Assembly (NCBI GenBank): GCA_051530055.1
Contig: CM121342.1
Span: 2,762,797-2,826,796 of the forward strand
Direction: 5' to 3'
From: Neoechinorhynchus agilis
Taxonomy: Eukaryota > Animalia > Acanthocephala
Length of the DNA: 64,000 bases
Below the pieces are notes generated by a model. The model saw nothing but the letters and a program-made list of their open reading frames with translations. It did no database searches and had not been told where the DNA came from. The translations under genes were made by a program, and so were the position numbers. This document shows, one piece after another, positions 24,136 to 35,804 of the stretch. The number at the start of each line of letters is the position of its first letter. Within the stretch, counting starts at the first letter, position 1.

Positions 24136-25182
24136 CTAAAATTCGTCAAATAAGCTACCGTACCGTTCACTAGGAGGATTTGTCAAGGAGGCGAGCGGTG
24201 ACTTCGGTTTGTTTGCGGCCGGATTAATAGCAGGTTTATAGATCATGTCAACCTTTCGTTGGAACAGATTCCACCAGTCAATCACTTTAAAGAATTTATG
24301 AGCTTTCATATGATCGATTCCACCTTTTCCGCATCCATATCGCCTATCTGGATTTACTTTCAAAAGTCCGACGACGAGATCCTTGAGCTCCGATGAGAAA
24401 TGTTCAGGAACTTTAAACCTCCCCGATTGAGCTTTAGCCATGATCCTCATTCCATCTGATGCCACAAACGGTGTGTAACCTGCATTGAGCTCGTAGGACA
24501 AAACGCCAAGAGACCACCAATCGCAACTTGTTGTATATCCAAGTCGTCCGGAAACTTCTGGGGCCATGTATTCTGGAGTTCCACAAATAGTTATTGCTCT
24601 CTCGTTCAGGAATTTAGCGAATCCGAAGTCCGTTACTTTGACATAGCCGCTGTCTTCTACCAAAATATTCTCAGCTTTGATATCCTTATGAGTAACATTA
24701 ATTCGATGCAAGTAATCGAAGACGAGAATAATCTGTGCTATAATCAATCTACTTTCGTCTTCATTAAATCTTCGTTTTGAACGCAAATGTTCGTACAAAT
24801 CACCGGTCGGAATTAACTTCATTACAATGTACAAATGGCCACTGTCCTTATAGGATCCCAAGAATTCGACAATATTTGAATGAAATATACTGCTTAGCAT
24901 TGCTTTTTCGTAGATGGTTCGCTTCGTTTGCCTGGTATGGACAAGATATTTCTTCTCAAAAATTTTGACGGCAAAGTGGTCGTGATCTTTGGTACCAACA
25001 GCGACTAAACCAAAAGCACCCCGACCAATGGTCGTTTGAAGGACAATATCACTGGTGTCGAAATTTGGAGACGGCGAAGGTTTATTGAATTTATGGCGAA
25101 AATACATGCTAGCGTAAGTGTAAAAGCTGTCGAAGCTCACAAAAAATGTCCAATCACGAACTTCATTTGGAATCATTGACAT
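24136..25182 (-). CDS. cAMP-dependent protein kinase catalytic subunit-like AGC kinase, intronless CDS (~348 aa from ATG 25182)
   Basis: GRGAFGLV, FAVK, HKDIKAEN, VKVTDFGFAK, ICGTPEYMAPE, DWWSLGVL and a C-terminal FDEF (PKA FxxF tail). An acceptor-like tract lies just upstream of the ATG. Confidence 0.9.
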   Translation of the reverse strand: MSMIPNEVRDWTFFVSFDSFYTYASMYFRHKFNKPSPSPNFDTSDIVLQTTIGRGAFGLVAVGTKDHDHFAVKIFEKKYLVHTRQTKRTIYEKAMLSSIFHSNIVEFLGSYKDSGHLYIVMKLIPTGDLYEHLRSKRRFNEDESRLIIAQIILVFDYLHRINVTHKDIKAENILVEDSGYVKVTDFGFAKFLNERAITICGTPEYMAPEVSGRLGYTTSCDWWSLGVLSYELNAGYTPFVASDGMRIMAKAQSGRFKVPEHFSSELKDLVVGLLKVNPDRRYGCGKGGIDHMKAHKFFKVIDWWNLFQRKVDMIYKPAINPAANKPKSPLASLTNPPSERYGSLFDEF

Positions 25183-25230
25183 CAGATGATCTCTGTGAGG
25201 TGAAGCTAACAAACAAGTAGAAAGTCAGCT

Positions 25231-25968
25231 TTAATTGATTCGTTGCCACGACTTCATCGCAAAGTTAATTTCAAAGCAATTGAACGAGCAAAATTGTTGT
25301 GTGCATAAGTCGTCGCGAACTTGTCTTTGTCCCTCCACCATGGCAATCGAGATGGGTTGACCTGTCCTCCTTGAATTAAGAAAAAACTTGATCTTGCAAT
25401 TGAACGATTGCTCGAAATTTTCCCGCTCTTCATTGGTGATTGAAGGATCAATTCCTTTCACCAGAAATTGTACTTTTTGAGAGCTATATGAAACATCATA
25501 CACTCCCTTGGGAAGATTAGAAATAGAGAAGTTGACCAATTTTTCCAACCAAGTATGTGACACCATATCAATTCTAAGCGTGCCGGCGAAATATGTTAAG
25601 TGATCGATTCTTTTAATGCCATCGTTTTTAAAAGAACGAGTCCAAGGGCTTACTATTTGATCGTACATGATTTGTTTGGGAAGGGTTGGTTTTGATTTGA
25701 AGATAGCTATGTATGGCCATTTTTTTGTCGGTGAAGACAAGTAATTTGATATTGGAATTTGTTTTGATGATGTCGACTGGAAGTTGTTTCCCAGGACTTG
25801 TGATTGTTGTAGCTCGAGATTAGAGAGTAGCTGCTCTCGCTTCTTCAGAACAAAGCCTCCATGATCATCAGAAGGATCAGGAGGTTTCGAAGGGTGTTCA
25901 CTACTAAATACGCTTTTTCCGTCAGAACGAAAACTGCGCATGATGACTGAGTCCGTGAAGCAGTACAT
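25231..25968 (-). mobile_element. Truncated ORF1 (gag-like) of an I/Jockey/L1-type non-LTR element
   Basis: 245-aa ORF with an N-terminal KPPDP, a disordered linker and an RRM-like VKGIDPSITNEE block, ending before any CCHC knuckle. The family assignment is from recalled motif style only. Confidence 0.5.
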
Positions 25969-25980
25969 AAAGGATCCAGC

Positions 25981-28185
25981 CTGTTATAGAGTGATCGATC
26001 GTGACGCGCAGGGCGCGTTATAATCAGTGATTGGGTAGAAATAGTAGATGCTATCGTTGCGGGAAAGTTGGTCATTTTGCAAGGAAATTTAAGACAGCGG
26101 TCACGAAACAATTCGACAAAGAAGACGATGAAGTAATTCGTGGTATCAACGCGATTGGAAGCAATCAAAAGATCACCGTGATTGTAAGAGTCGAGGGGAA
26201 GTTAGTTGAATTCGAATATGATACCGCGGCCGGCGTATCGGTAATTCCACTGCGAATATGGAAAAAGTTATGTTCCAAAACGCTAAGGAAGGGTCTGAGG
26301 CTCAGAACTTACAATGGTAATCACATCGATACTCTTGGTACAAGATTTGTTTCGGTAGGCTGGGCGGCAGAAAATAGTCGAAGTCGCGCGCAATTAGGGA
26401 CTATCGGACATCGAGGGAACGAAGAAATTGCGATCGATACAAAAACTATATCTATAGAAGATGACCAAAAATTGATGACAAGCGAAGAACCTCGTCAAGA
26501 AGAGTTGATGACGGACATGAAGACGATTTAAGCGTTAAAAGAAGATCTCAACAAGGTTAGAAGGAATGGGAGTGTTAAGAAAGATCGACCTAGTGTAGGA
26601 GTCCGGAAAGGCGAGAACAAAATAAGATTATGCGGAGATTTTCGTATAACGCTAAAGGAGGCGCTGAGTAAGGACGGTTGGATAATTCCCAAGCTAGAGG
26701 ACGTGCTGTACAAAGTGGCAAAAGAGAAAAATGCAGCAAGCTGGATATCAAGGAAGCATATCTGCAGCTTGCAGTGGGGCAGAAGTCCCAGAAATTGTTG
26801 ACGATCTTAACACTAATGGGGTTCTATCAGTCCACCAGGCTTCCTTTTGGAATCAATACCGCTCAATTCATCTTTTAAATATTTATGAACCACCTACTCG
26901 ACAGAATACCGAATATGGCGGTCTACCTTGATGATAAAGTGATCAGTGGAGAAAACGATAAAAATCACTTATCAAACTTGAGAAGAGTATTAAGTCGTCT
27001 AGAAGCCGCCGGGCTGACGCTAAAAATAGAAAAATGCAGATTTATGGAGGAAAGCATGAAGATATTGGGAATGAATTGGCGAGCCGAGACTATAAGTGCG
27101 CAAAAGACGAAATTGTAATCAATGATAAATTGTCCATCACCGACATCGAAGAAACAGCTAAGGGCTTTTCTTGGGGCCGTAGGTTACCATGAACGATTCT
27201 TGCCTCAGCTACATGCAATATGCAGTCCACTCCACGCGTTGGCTAGCCCGAATGCGAACAGGAAATAGTCTACTCGAGCACAAACTGCCTTCGACAGAGT
27301 TAGGGAGCTTATGCGAAGTCCAAAAGAGCTCATTCCGTATGCACTTGAAAATGAGGTGATGGTGGCGTACGATGCCAGTGAATCAGGGTTCGGTGCTGTG
27401 CTCCTGCAGCAGTACGAAAACGAGTAGAAACCAGTGGCATACGCATCAGGAACCTTATCACCAGTTGAAAAGAATTTTATGCTACAATTGACAAGGAAGC
27501 CGCTACGATTCTATTTGGTATAAAGAAATTTCACCATTTCATATTTGGAAAGAGATTCCGTTTAAGAACCGATCATAAACCTCTGATTCACATTTTTGGC
27601 GCTTGAAGAGAACTGAGTAGAATACGAAGCAATCGGCTACGAAGATGGACCGTTGCCATGATGAAATACAACTATGAGATCGAATTCGTCAGGGGAAACG
27701 AAAATGTGTACGCCGATGCATTGTCGAGAATACCGGAACCGAGAGATGGAACCGTCGAAAGTCGTGTCGAAGCGATAGACCTGGTAGATTGTGATGATTC
27801 AAGAATCATAAACGCAGAGGTACTAAAACGAAGCTTGAAGAAGGATACGGTGCTCGCAGTGGCCTACCATCATTCCCCCGATTTACGAACATATTTCGAG
27901 ATGCTTATCGGGCTAAGACTTCGCCCAGCGGTGTTTCAAGCGGAAACTTCTCATCAACGTGGAGAGGACAATGGAAGAGAACAAGAGCAACTCCGCTCCT
28001 GTCCTTCCAACTAATAAGCTCCGTGGAGCAGTAGCGCACAGGGTGAAGCGTCACCTCGGAAATTGATGGTCCCGCTCACACGAGTCCAGGGATCAAATGA
28101 GCTCTCCTACTACATGGGATTTTGGATGCTTGATAAGGAGGTCGAGGCCTCGAAAATTTGTATGTAAATCTCGAGGAGGGAAAAA
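25981..28185 (+). mobile_element. Degenerate Mag-type Ty3/Gypsy element with internal deletions
   Basis: CYRCGKVGHFARK knuckle, EYDTAAG protease, IRLCGDF/LDIKEAYLQ/YLDD RT, DASESG and TDHKPL RNase H, and a polypurine tract gaggagggaaaaa at ~28173. A possible LTR stub starts tgttata at 25982. Confidence 0.85.
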
Positions 28186-28859
28186 CTCGCCGTATAGAGA
28201 AAATTTAGGAACAATATTTCAGCGTTTACTCCTTCGTTCCTTTCAAAACAATCTACAAAAATAGTTGGAACAAGGTCGTAGAGATGATTAACTCGTCCCT
28301 TTGGTTAAGCACAACGAAACGTCTCACGTTGACCGTCTCCTCCTTACCACCAATCTCATTTTTCGCCTCTTGCGAGATGAGCAATGCTTCCCCGAGCGAA
28401 TGTTCCATTTTATTTCCCGCTTGGTACCCCACAAAACTCGACAGGTTGACCCCTTGACCTGGGTTGAACTTTGAGTAATGTTTAGCCGGCCACGTTTCCG
28501 CTCCGTCTTCTCAATGTTCCTGTGCGCATTGAACACAGGTGGCTTCGTCGATGACATTACTCATCCCGCAAAGTTACCTTGTCGGAGTCTCCGGAGCTTG
28601 GGCCTTGCTACCCGAATGCTTAAACACAAAAGACACGATATGAGACATTGGGTGCTTTTCTTCGTGATTCGTTGTCCTTGTTAGGTTGCGGCGTAATGTT
28701 GGAACGTTCCTGTGAATCAATCTCTTTATGCCGCTCGTTAATTTTTTCACCAACGAATGAGATTCAAAGGATCGTTAAAGGATCGATATTCTTTTCCTCG
28801 TTTTGAGCGAACGGTCTGCTTATTCCCTGAACAGCGGTTCTTTTAGCCAATTACAGTCG

Positions 28860-31800
28860 TATCTCATCGTAATGTAAATTGCTTGCTTCATTGCCCAGGG
28901 AGATGGTGAGAAGCTCGATGCATAACTATGATTTTCTAACAACATTGTAACTTCAAAGGGCACACCAAAATTTTGTTTGCGGATTTTTCATATAGGAAAC
29001 ACAGAATTTGGAACAACTCTTCATTGAAGAGCACTTTTAACAAAATTAAATCTTTGGTTAAAAGTTCAAGCCACCTTTTGGTTGTCCCAACAGTTTCACA
29101 CTGGTCATTGAAATCTATCGTAAACGGATCGTTGTGCTTCTTCGCTTGTGACCGACGTCCAATTTTTACAAGCTTTGTCAAAACGATTAGACAGTTATTT
29201 GAGACAAATTTGACACTCAGTCTTGTTCCTTTAGCCTGGATCAACTTCCTACAAAACTCGTTGTATCCTTTCAAGGACAACTGATTGTTATTATTAATTA
29301 ATTGTTAACTGTGTGTATGTGGCTTTTGCAATAATAATAATAAGAGTAGAGTAATACATTATTTTCACATACAGGAGCAACTAAACAATTTTAAATTATT
29401 CGACAACAAAAGGGATTTAGATAATTTTAAGCGCTATCAAACGTTTAGAAGGCGATTTATACTTGATAATTCCTTAGATCTATTTTATCATATTGTCCAA
29501 AAAAAGATAAACTTTATTAAGTTTTTAGCAGTGCAAATCTCAGCTAATAAAATGATTAGCCAGCAAACCTCATAAACCACACAGCCTTCGACGAGTTATC
29601 TGCAAATGGGTCATCCAGTGATTCTTCAATAACACAATTATCACTCAATAATTTGCTATAATGTCGATTGTGATTAATTATCCAATCTGCAAATTTCGCA
29701 ATCTCAGACATCTGTATAGCCAATAAATCACTTGGCTCTTTCCATCGCTTAGGCATTTGATTTTGCACGGATATTTGAAAGCGCCGTGATTGTTTTAATA
29801 TCCTCCAAATAATAAAGTATTTCTATGTTGATTTTCAGGCATTGGAAACAAAGGGCGAAAATCAATATACGAAGTAAAAAATTTCTTCATACTTTTCTGC
29901 TAGTTTCAATGCGTCTTTACTTTCAGGTTTTTTCCACATAAAACTGTTAAGCCATTTCCAGCGTTTCGCCATCAGGTTCACCTGATATCCTACCGCCTGT
30001 GCCCAGAAATGAAGTCTTTTACGGTAAGTTTTATGATTCTGCAACTGCATTTCTATAAAATGCAAATGGGCATCCTAAATAGTCAAGGAAAATAAATAAA
30101 GGCTGAAGAATATTTTACCCCGTTTTTTAGTTGAAATGAAAAAATACGAATATAATGAACGTCGGACGACGATCGTAACTTTTCCCATGCAAAGCTACTA
30201 AAATCTCGATTCCAAAAGATCTATTATATCTACGTGTTTATAAGAATACGACCTACTAGGTTTTCATTCTAAAGACACGAAATGTGAAAGTTTAAATTCG
30301 ATCAAAATTTGACAGTCGTAATTTAACCATAGCTATTTCTAACCTTCAGATTATTGTTAATCCCAGTCACCGTGTTTTGAACAGTAGAGAACACAAAATT
30401 ACTAAAATCTTCGTGTTTGTTATCATAAGAGAAGTCGATTCCGCGACTTTTGTCAATTTCATTAATATTGCCAATTCCTGAGCCTTCATTCTAATATATT
30501 TCAAGAAAAGTTCACCTATTTCGAGACCGTTTATAACAATCTCATTGCCTACCATGAACTTATTTATCGATTCAAAATCGTTAACCTTGTCAGTTTGATC
30601 GACTTCATAATCCTCGCTGATTGCATCAATCTCAAATATCCCAGGATATTGGCCCTATTATCAATAGAAAAAATTAAACTTTCATCGATAGAACCTACTC
30701 ACGGATATAGCACTAAACATGATGAACTCCGCAGCCTTTTCAAGTGCTGATATATATGAGTCTTGAAGTGATTTCAGAGTACGTTCATGACTTTCGCTCA
30801 CATCGACACAATGTTGTTCATACTGTAAGTGAAAGTATTTGTTAAAACTACACTGTAATTTTAGAACTTAGTTATGCTCATGTTGGTCATCGAAAGCAAA
30901 TGGTTTCAATATTTTATAAACCAATTAAATTTAATGATTCACAGGATCGTATAAACAAAAAACAAAACAGGGTCCCTTAGGCCATATTATACTTCTCACC
31001 ATTTTTGTCCACAATAAAATCCTTGGAGTGACGTCCAATGCAGTAGTTATGAAATGATCGAAAATTCTTATCATTTCAGAGTCATTTAATTCACTTCGAA
31101 TTTCTTGAATCTCCGCTTCCATGTAATCCCGGCTATTGATGAATTTTAACAGCCTTTCTAGCGACCATTTCTAAAATCACTTATTAATTTATTTTGGGGC
31201 AAATCGTAACCACTCAAACCTTCACGAATTCGTCTGAAGGTGTAACAATATCATTGTCGATTTCCTTTATTCTTGGTTCAAATAAATTCGATCCGTGTCG
31301 CTCAACATCTACTTTATTAACTTGCCAATTATGTTTTGAACGATTGACAACGATAAGGGGTTCCTTTTTCATTAAATTTCAATAAATTTAAAATTCGATA
31401 ATTAAATATTTTCTTGCTCACAATTTTTTCACAGATATCGCAAAATATAATATCCTTAAGATTTTCGTATATAGCATTTTTATCAGCTACTTCCTCGAGC
31501 CACACATTACCCGTAATAAGTAAAACATTGAGACTTTTTACCATTCGAATATTATAAAGCTATAAAAAAATTTGATTTGCGAGACAGCAACCAATGAGAA
31601 ATTACGCTGGTGATGTTAGAAATATTGTTGAAAGATACATTCAAAGAGCGTAGGTGTTGGCATGGCGCAATGTTATCCACAGTCTTAATAACATTATGAG
31701 CAAGATTTAAATTAATTAGATTCTTCATTGATTCTAGTCCTCTTATCTCTGAAATTTTATTGTAGCTTAAGTCTTGATTTTCTTTAATTTGAGGGCACCA

Positions 31801-32160
31801 AAAACTTTTAATACCTAATAGACTCAGATTATGCAATTCGGTTAAGCCACAGATAGTCTCTATATTATTACTGGTTAATATAAGATACCTCAAATTGGGC
31901 ATGACTTTTATGCCTGTCATCGAATTCAGACCTTAATCCGTTTTTCATTGAAAGCGAGATCACATTTGGCAGAAACCTGTTCCAATGAGCGTTATATCCT
32001 CCATCATATCATAATCATCAGCATCAACGTTCTCAATAAATTGGCAATTCAACTCGTCTTGGCCAATAGTATGTGCTCTTAAAGGATTTCTATCTCTATT
32101 GTGATACATAAAAAATTCTTCATTCTACGAAAGCGACCATGGGTTTTAAACGAAATAGAA
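28860..32160 (-). CDS. Multi-exon SDS22-type leucine-rich repeat protein (LRRC9/DRC3-like, unresolved)
   Basis: PNLRYLILTSNNIETICGL, DLSYNKISEIRGLESMKNLINLNLAHNVIKTVDNI and LRSLNVSFNNIS, followed by several same-strand exon-sized ORFs down to ~28860. Exon boundaries were not resolved. Confidence 0.6.
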
Positions 32161-33379
32161 GGCTTACTTGATTTTGATCTTTTGGTCCATAAGCAACTCT
32201 ATAAACATCATCAGTCGGAATATGCATTCTACATATCGATGGTTAGCGCCATTAATTATTCGAGTTACCATGGAAGCCAAGTTTGATTAATACTTCGCCT
32301 TTTGCCTTAATCCCTAACGGGCCCAAAGATGCCAGGTTGTGAATTTAATGATAATCAATTTAATTTTCTATATAAAAGCAGATTCCTAAAATTTTTAAGA
32401 AGCTTTCACGCATTTAAATAATTGCTTGTTTATGGCGGAAAATTAAATTAATTTTGTCAAATCATTGGACACCGTCTCTCGCTTTTAATCTTTGTAATTA
32501 TTCTGTTTATTCGATCTTTTCATTTATAATTAATTTCGACTTTTAAATTAAACATTAGTAGTTTTGATAAATTAAATGTGTTTTACATGAGGAACTTCAC
32601 AAGTAAATGAATTTTATACTCCTATAGAATGTTACAGTTTTGTTCGTTTCGCAGCATAAATCTCTGAGTAAGGATCTAAATGTTTCCATACGAGAAATTT
32701 CCGATGGATTCTGTGTAAGATTTTGATTTACAACAGAAATAAGTACTTATTTATCTCTTTCGACAAATTGACTGTTGTAGATTCTTTATTCCGCAATTGG
32801 GCAATTTTTAAGTAGCGCCTAAGCTTTCAATTCTTGAAAGGATCACCATTTTGGGTTAACTGACTGTAGTATAACTCTCATTGACCATGAAAAAGTAGGT
32901 TTTAAATAGCATTCTACATTATATGATGAGCCAAAAAGTTAACTTACCTCCGTTGAACATAATTTATCTTATCTAAATATGAATTTTAACTAGCAACGTC
33001 TATTGGATGAAAAGTAGCATCTAAGCTTTCAAATCCGACAACTCGCTTATTCCCATTTTCAATAAGAATCATGATAAGTTGAAATATTTTTTCAAAGCAT
33101 TTGAGAAAAGCTCAAGAAATTATTTTGGTTTCACGTGGTCGTTGAAGAATATCGCAACCGCCCACCCACTAAACAGATCCCAAACTTAAAAAAAAGATTG
33201 TTTACAAAAAGAATACTTAAAAATCTTAAAAAAAATTCGGTCCTACAATTCTCTTATTCTCATTTTTAATAAGAATATGCACTGAGATCATTAAGATCTT
33301 TTTCTCTGCAGCGATTTGATGCTTCACTGAGACCGACGAATTGAATGCGCTCGAATCTTCATTGTAATTTAAAGAATCC

Positions 33380-34963
33380 TTACTTTGAAAACTCTGCGAA
33401 CTGGGATCTCGTTTCCTGTTCGTCTTTCTTAATAACTTTAGAATTTGATACTCCGATTTTAAAAACCGGGGCTGGTCGTTTTCTTAATAATGAGCTTTCA
33501 TATTGTGAATCGTCTTGAATCCTTCTCTCCATTTGTTCTCGTGACAACTCAAAACTGTCATTCAGTGCTTGCATCTTCATTGAGGATTCAAGCCCATTAT
33601 GAAACCCTTTACGAATCATTTGAATAGAAGGTTTAAAGTTCCTCTTTTTTGACGATATCTCTAAGCATTCAACCTTTAATTTTCGCTTTTCAGGAGACGC
33701 TCGAGGTTGATAGCTCTCACTCAAAGATTTGTGTTTTGTTTCCTTTATTTCATTGTTCACTTCCACTTGTTCATTTGCAACTGCAAATGTTGAATCGGAC
33801 ACTTGTTTTTTGCTATCTTTCATTGAACGTCTTTTCTTCATTCCTTCATTGGAGACTTCAATGCTCATTGGTTCAGCTTTTGCCCTGCATGAAATCCCTT
33901 GAGTTTCAGTGTCTTTTATAAGTGACCGAAATTTCTTGTTTTGTTTTGTATGTTCAAGGAATAGTTCGTTTCCGCCAGACTGCATCATTTTCTTAGATTT
34001 TTTAAGCTGGCGAATTCCATCATAAACTTTTTCGTCTATCTTTTCATTTGATCGGATTCGTTTCCTTTCTTCGATTGATGTTTCTAAGTTATCGAGCTGC
34101 AACGATCGCTTTCTTTCTAACGTTTGAAGCTTGTTAATTTCAATACGACATTCTTGTCGAATCGATTTTACTGAGTCCTTTTGCTCTGTTAACACTGGGG
34201 ACTTTCCTATATTTAACGTATTTTTCCTTCTTTTTATTGTAGGCGATTTTTGTTGCTTAATAGTTTTACTTAGAGATATTTCATCGGTGTTTTGAATTGT
34301 GTCGTTTTGTTCCATGGACGGTATTCGAAAATTTCTATTGGTTGCATCTGGCTCAGAACTTTCATTTGTAGATTTTTCATCGATTGTTCCAATTGAATTA
34401 TATTGATTCGAAGACGCTACCTTGCAATTTTTTGCAGAGCTTTTAGTTCGATTACCTTTACCAAGAACTTTCTCACTAATGTTTTTAAGCAAGTCTTTTT
34501 GTTCCACTTTTTCCGATGATGTTACCGTGATTTCTTGTTGTTTCTTTGCATTTCCATTAGATTGTTGAATACAAAATCCTTCACAAATCGATTCATCTTT
34601 AACATTTTCAATTGGCTCATTCATATCCGGCGGCATTTCTTTATCTTCCACAGCACTTCCTTTTCTTTTGCTCGAACTTTTCTTGCCAAAGGAGCCTTCA
34701 ACAGATCCATACTTTGCCTTCAAATAATAATTCCAACTGATGGTCTTAAAAATGTCCGCATTTTTATGAGCGATTCTTTTAACTGTGTAGTCCAGTTGTT
34801 GGCACGATGTGGATTTATGCGGCTCCGATCTTCTCCTATAGACCACTGTGTCAATTGGTGAAATGTCGTCTAGAGTAACAATTGATTTCTCTACATTCGA
34901 CTCATTCGTTTCCGACTTCTTGTTATCTTTTGCTTTCATTTCCATTTTTGTTGTGTTGGCCAT
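33380..34963 (-). CDS. Lys/Ser/Glu-rich protein, copy 3 (527-aa exon intact; downstream exons displaced)
   Basis: 7 aa differences from copy 2. The gene 3' part is relocated upstream by the permutation. Confidence 0.55.
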   Translation of the reverse strand: MANTTKMEMKAKDNKKSETNESNVEKSIVTLDDISPIDTVVYRRRSEPHKSTSCQQLDYTVKRIAHKNADIFKTISWNYYLKAKYGSVEGSFGKKSSSKRKGSAVEDKEMPPDMNEPIENVKDESICEGFCIQQSNGNAKKQQEITVTSSEKVEQKDLLKNISEKVLGKGNRTKSSAKNCKVASSNQYNSIGTIDEKSTNESSEPDATNRNFRIPSMEQNDTIQNTDEISLSKTIKQQKSPTIKRRKNTLNIGKSPVLTEQKDSVKSIRQECRIEINKLQTLERKRSLQLDNLETSIEERKRIRSNEKIDEKVYDGIRQLKKSKKMMQSGGNELFLEHTKQNKKFRSLIKDTETQGISCRAKAEPMSIEVSNEGMKKRRSMKDSKKQVSDSTFAVANEQVEVNNEIKETKHKSLSESYQPRASPEKRKLKVECLEISSKKRNFKPSIQMIRKGFHNGLESSMKMQALNDSFELSREQMERRIQDDSQYESSLLRKRPAPVFKIGVSNSKVIKKDEQETRSQFAEFSK

Positions 34964-35604
34964 TTTCGAGAATAAGTTATAAACGTTTATAAAGGTAAAA
35001 AAAGAAGAAAATAGAGCCTATCACAACCTTTGTCGGCGAAGCGAGTTTTGTGCTAATTTGTTTGGTACAAATGAAGGTGGAACACGTGAGGTTGCTATGG
35101 TAAAATAAGCAAAGCAAATTTTCTAAGAAAACAAATATTTTTTTCAAAAAAAAATTAATTTTATTTTTACTGGAAAATTTCTTTTGTTGGCTTTTCGTCC
35201 ATCAGATTAAGTTCTGTGTTTTAAGAAATGAATGATTTTAAAAACCTGATGGGCGAAAAGATTAGGAATTCGTCAATTTATAGCTGTCTTTTATTGTAAA
35301 AACTTGGATCGCATTTTAGCACACCGACGCGTTGTCTTCTTTATTTGTTTTTAATATTGTGAACCGATCATTCATTTCTCCAGATTGTACCTTTATTTAT
35401 TAAAGCGTTTTAGCACTTATTTTATCTCGGTTTTGCAATTCTTAATACTTTTTTTCCTGTATGGAGATACGTACGAAAATAGTGGAAAGGTGTGAATTGT
35501 CTTAAGTAAGATATCGATTGTATAATTTTCGTCCTTATTGCATTTGGTTTTTGCTCTGCTTTAAAACTTTCGCATAAATTCCAACACGTCGAAATTAATA
35601 TGAA

Positions 35605-35804
35605 TTGAAATTATTGTTTAGGTCTACACGCGCTAAATGATTATTTATTAAAGACATTTCGAACCTCGTCGGGTTCATCATCAGCTCTAAAATACAAGTT
35701 ACTCATCCACTTATATTTTAGAGCTGATGATGAATCCGACGAGGTTCGAAACGTCTTTAATAAATAATCATTTGCCGGGTGTAGACCTAAACAATAATTT
35801 CAAT
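35605..35804. repeat. ~95-bp-arm inverted repeat holding two head-to-head family-A hammerhead motifs (35645-35692 minus; 35716-35763 plus)
   Basis: ttgaaattattgtttaggtctacac...cagctctaaaatacaag, a ~12-nt loop, then cttatattttagagctg...gtgtagacctaaacaataatttcaa. Confidence 0.9.

Noticed and set aside
28200-28860. Possible RanBP2-type finger (CGMSNVIDEATCVQC) or retroelement tail on the minus strand
   Set aside because: Flanked by stops and lacking the first W-x-C; no other supporting motif.
21364-34963. Positive selection on the K-rich gene copies
   Set aside because: A manual copy 2 versus copy 3 comparison gave 7 amino-acid changes and about 5 synonymous changes. That is not an excess given the larger number of nonsynonymous sites.
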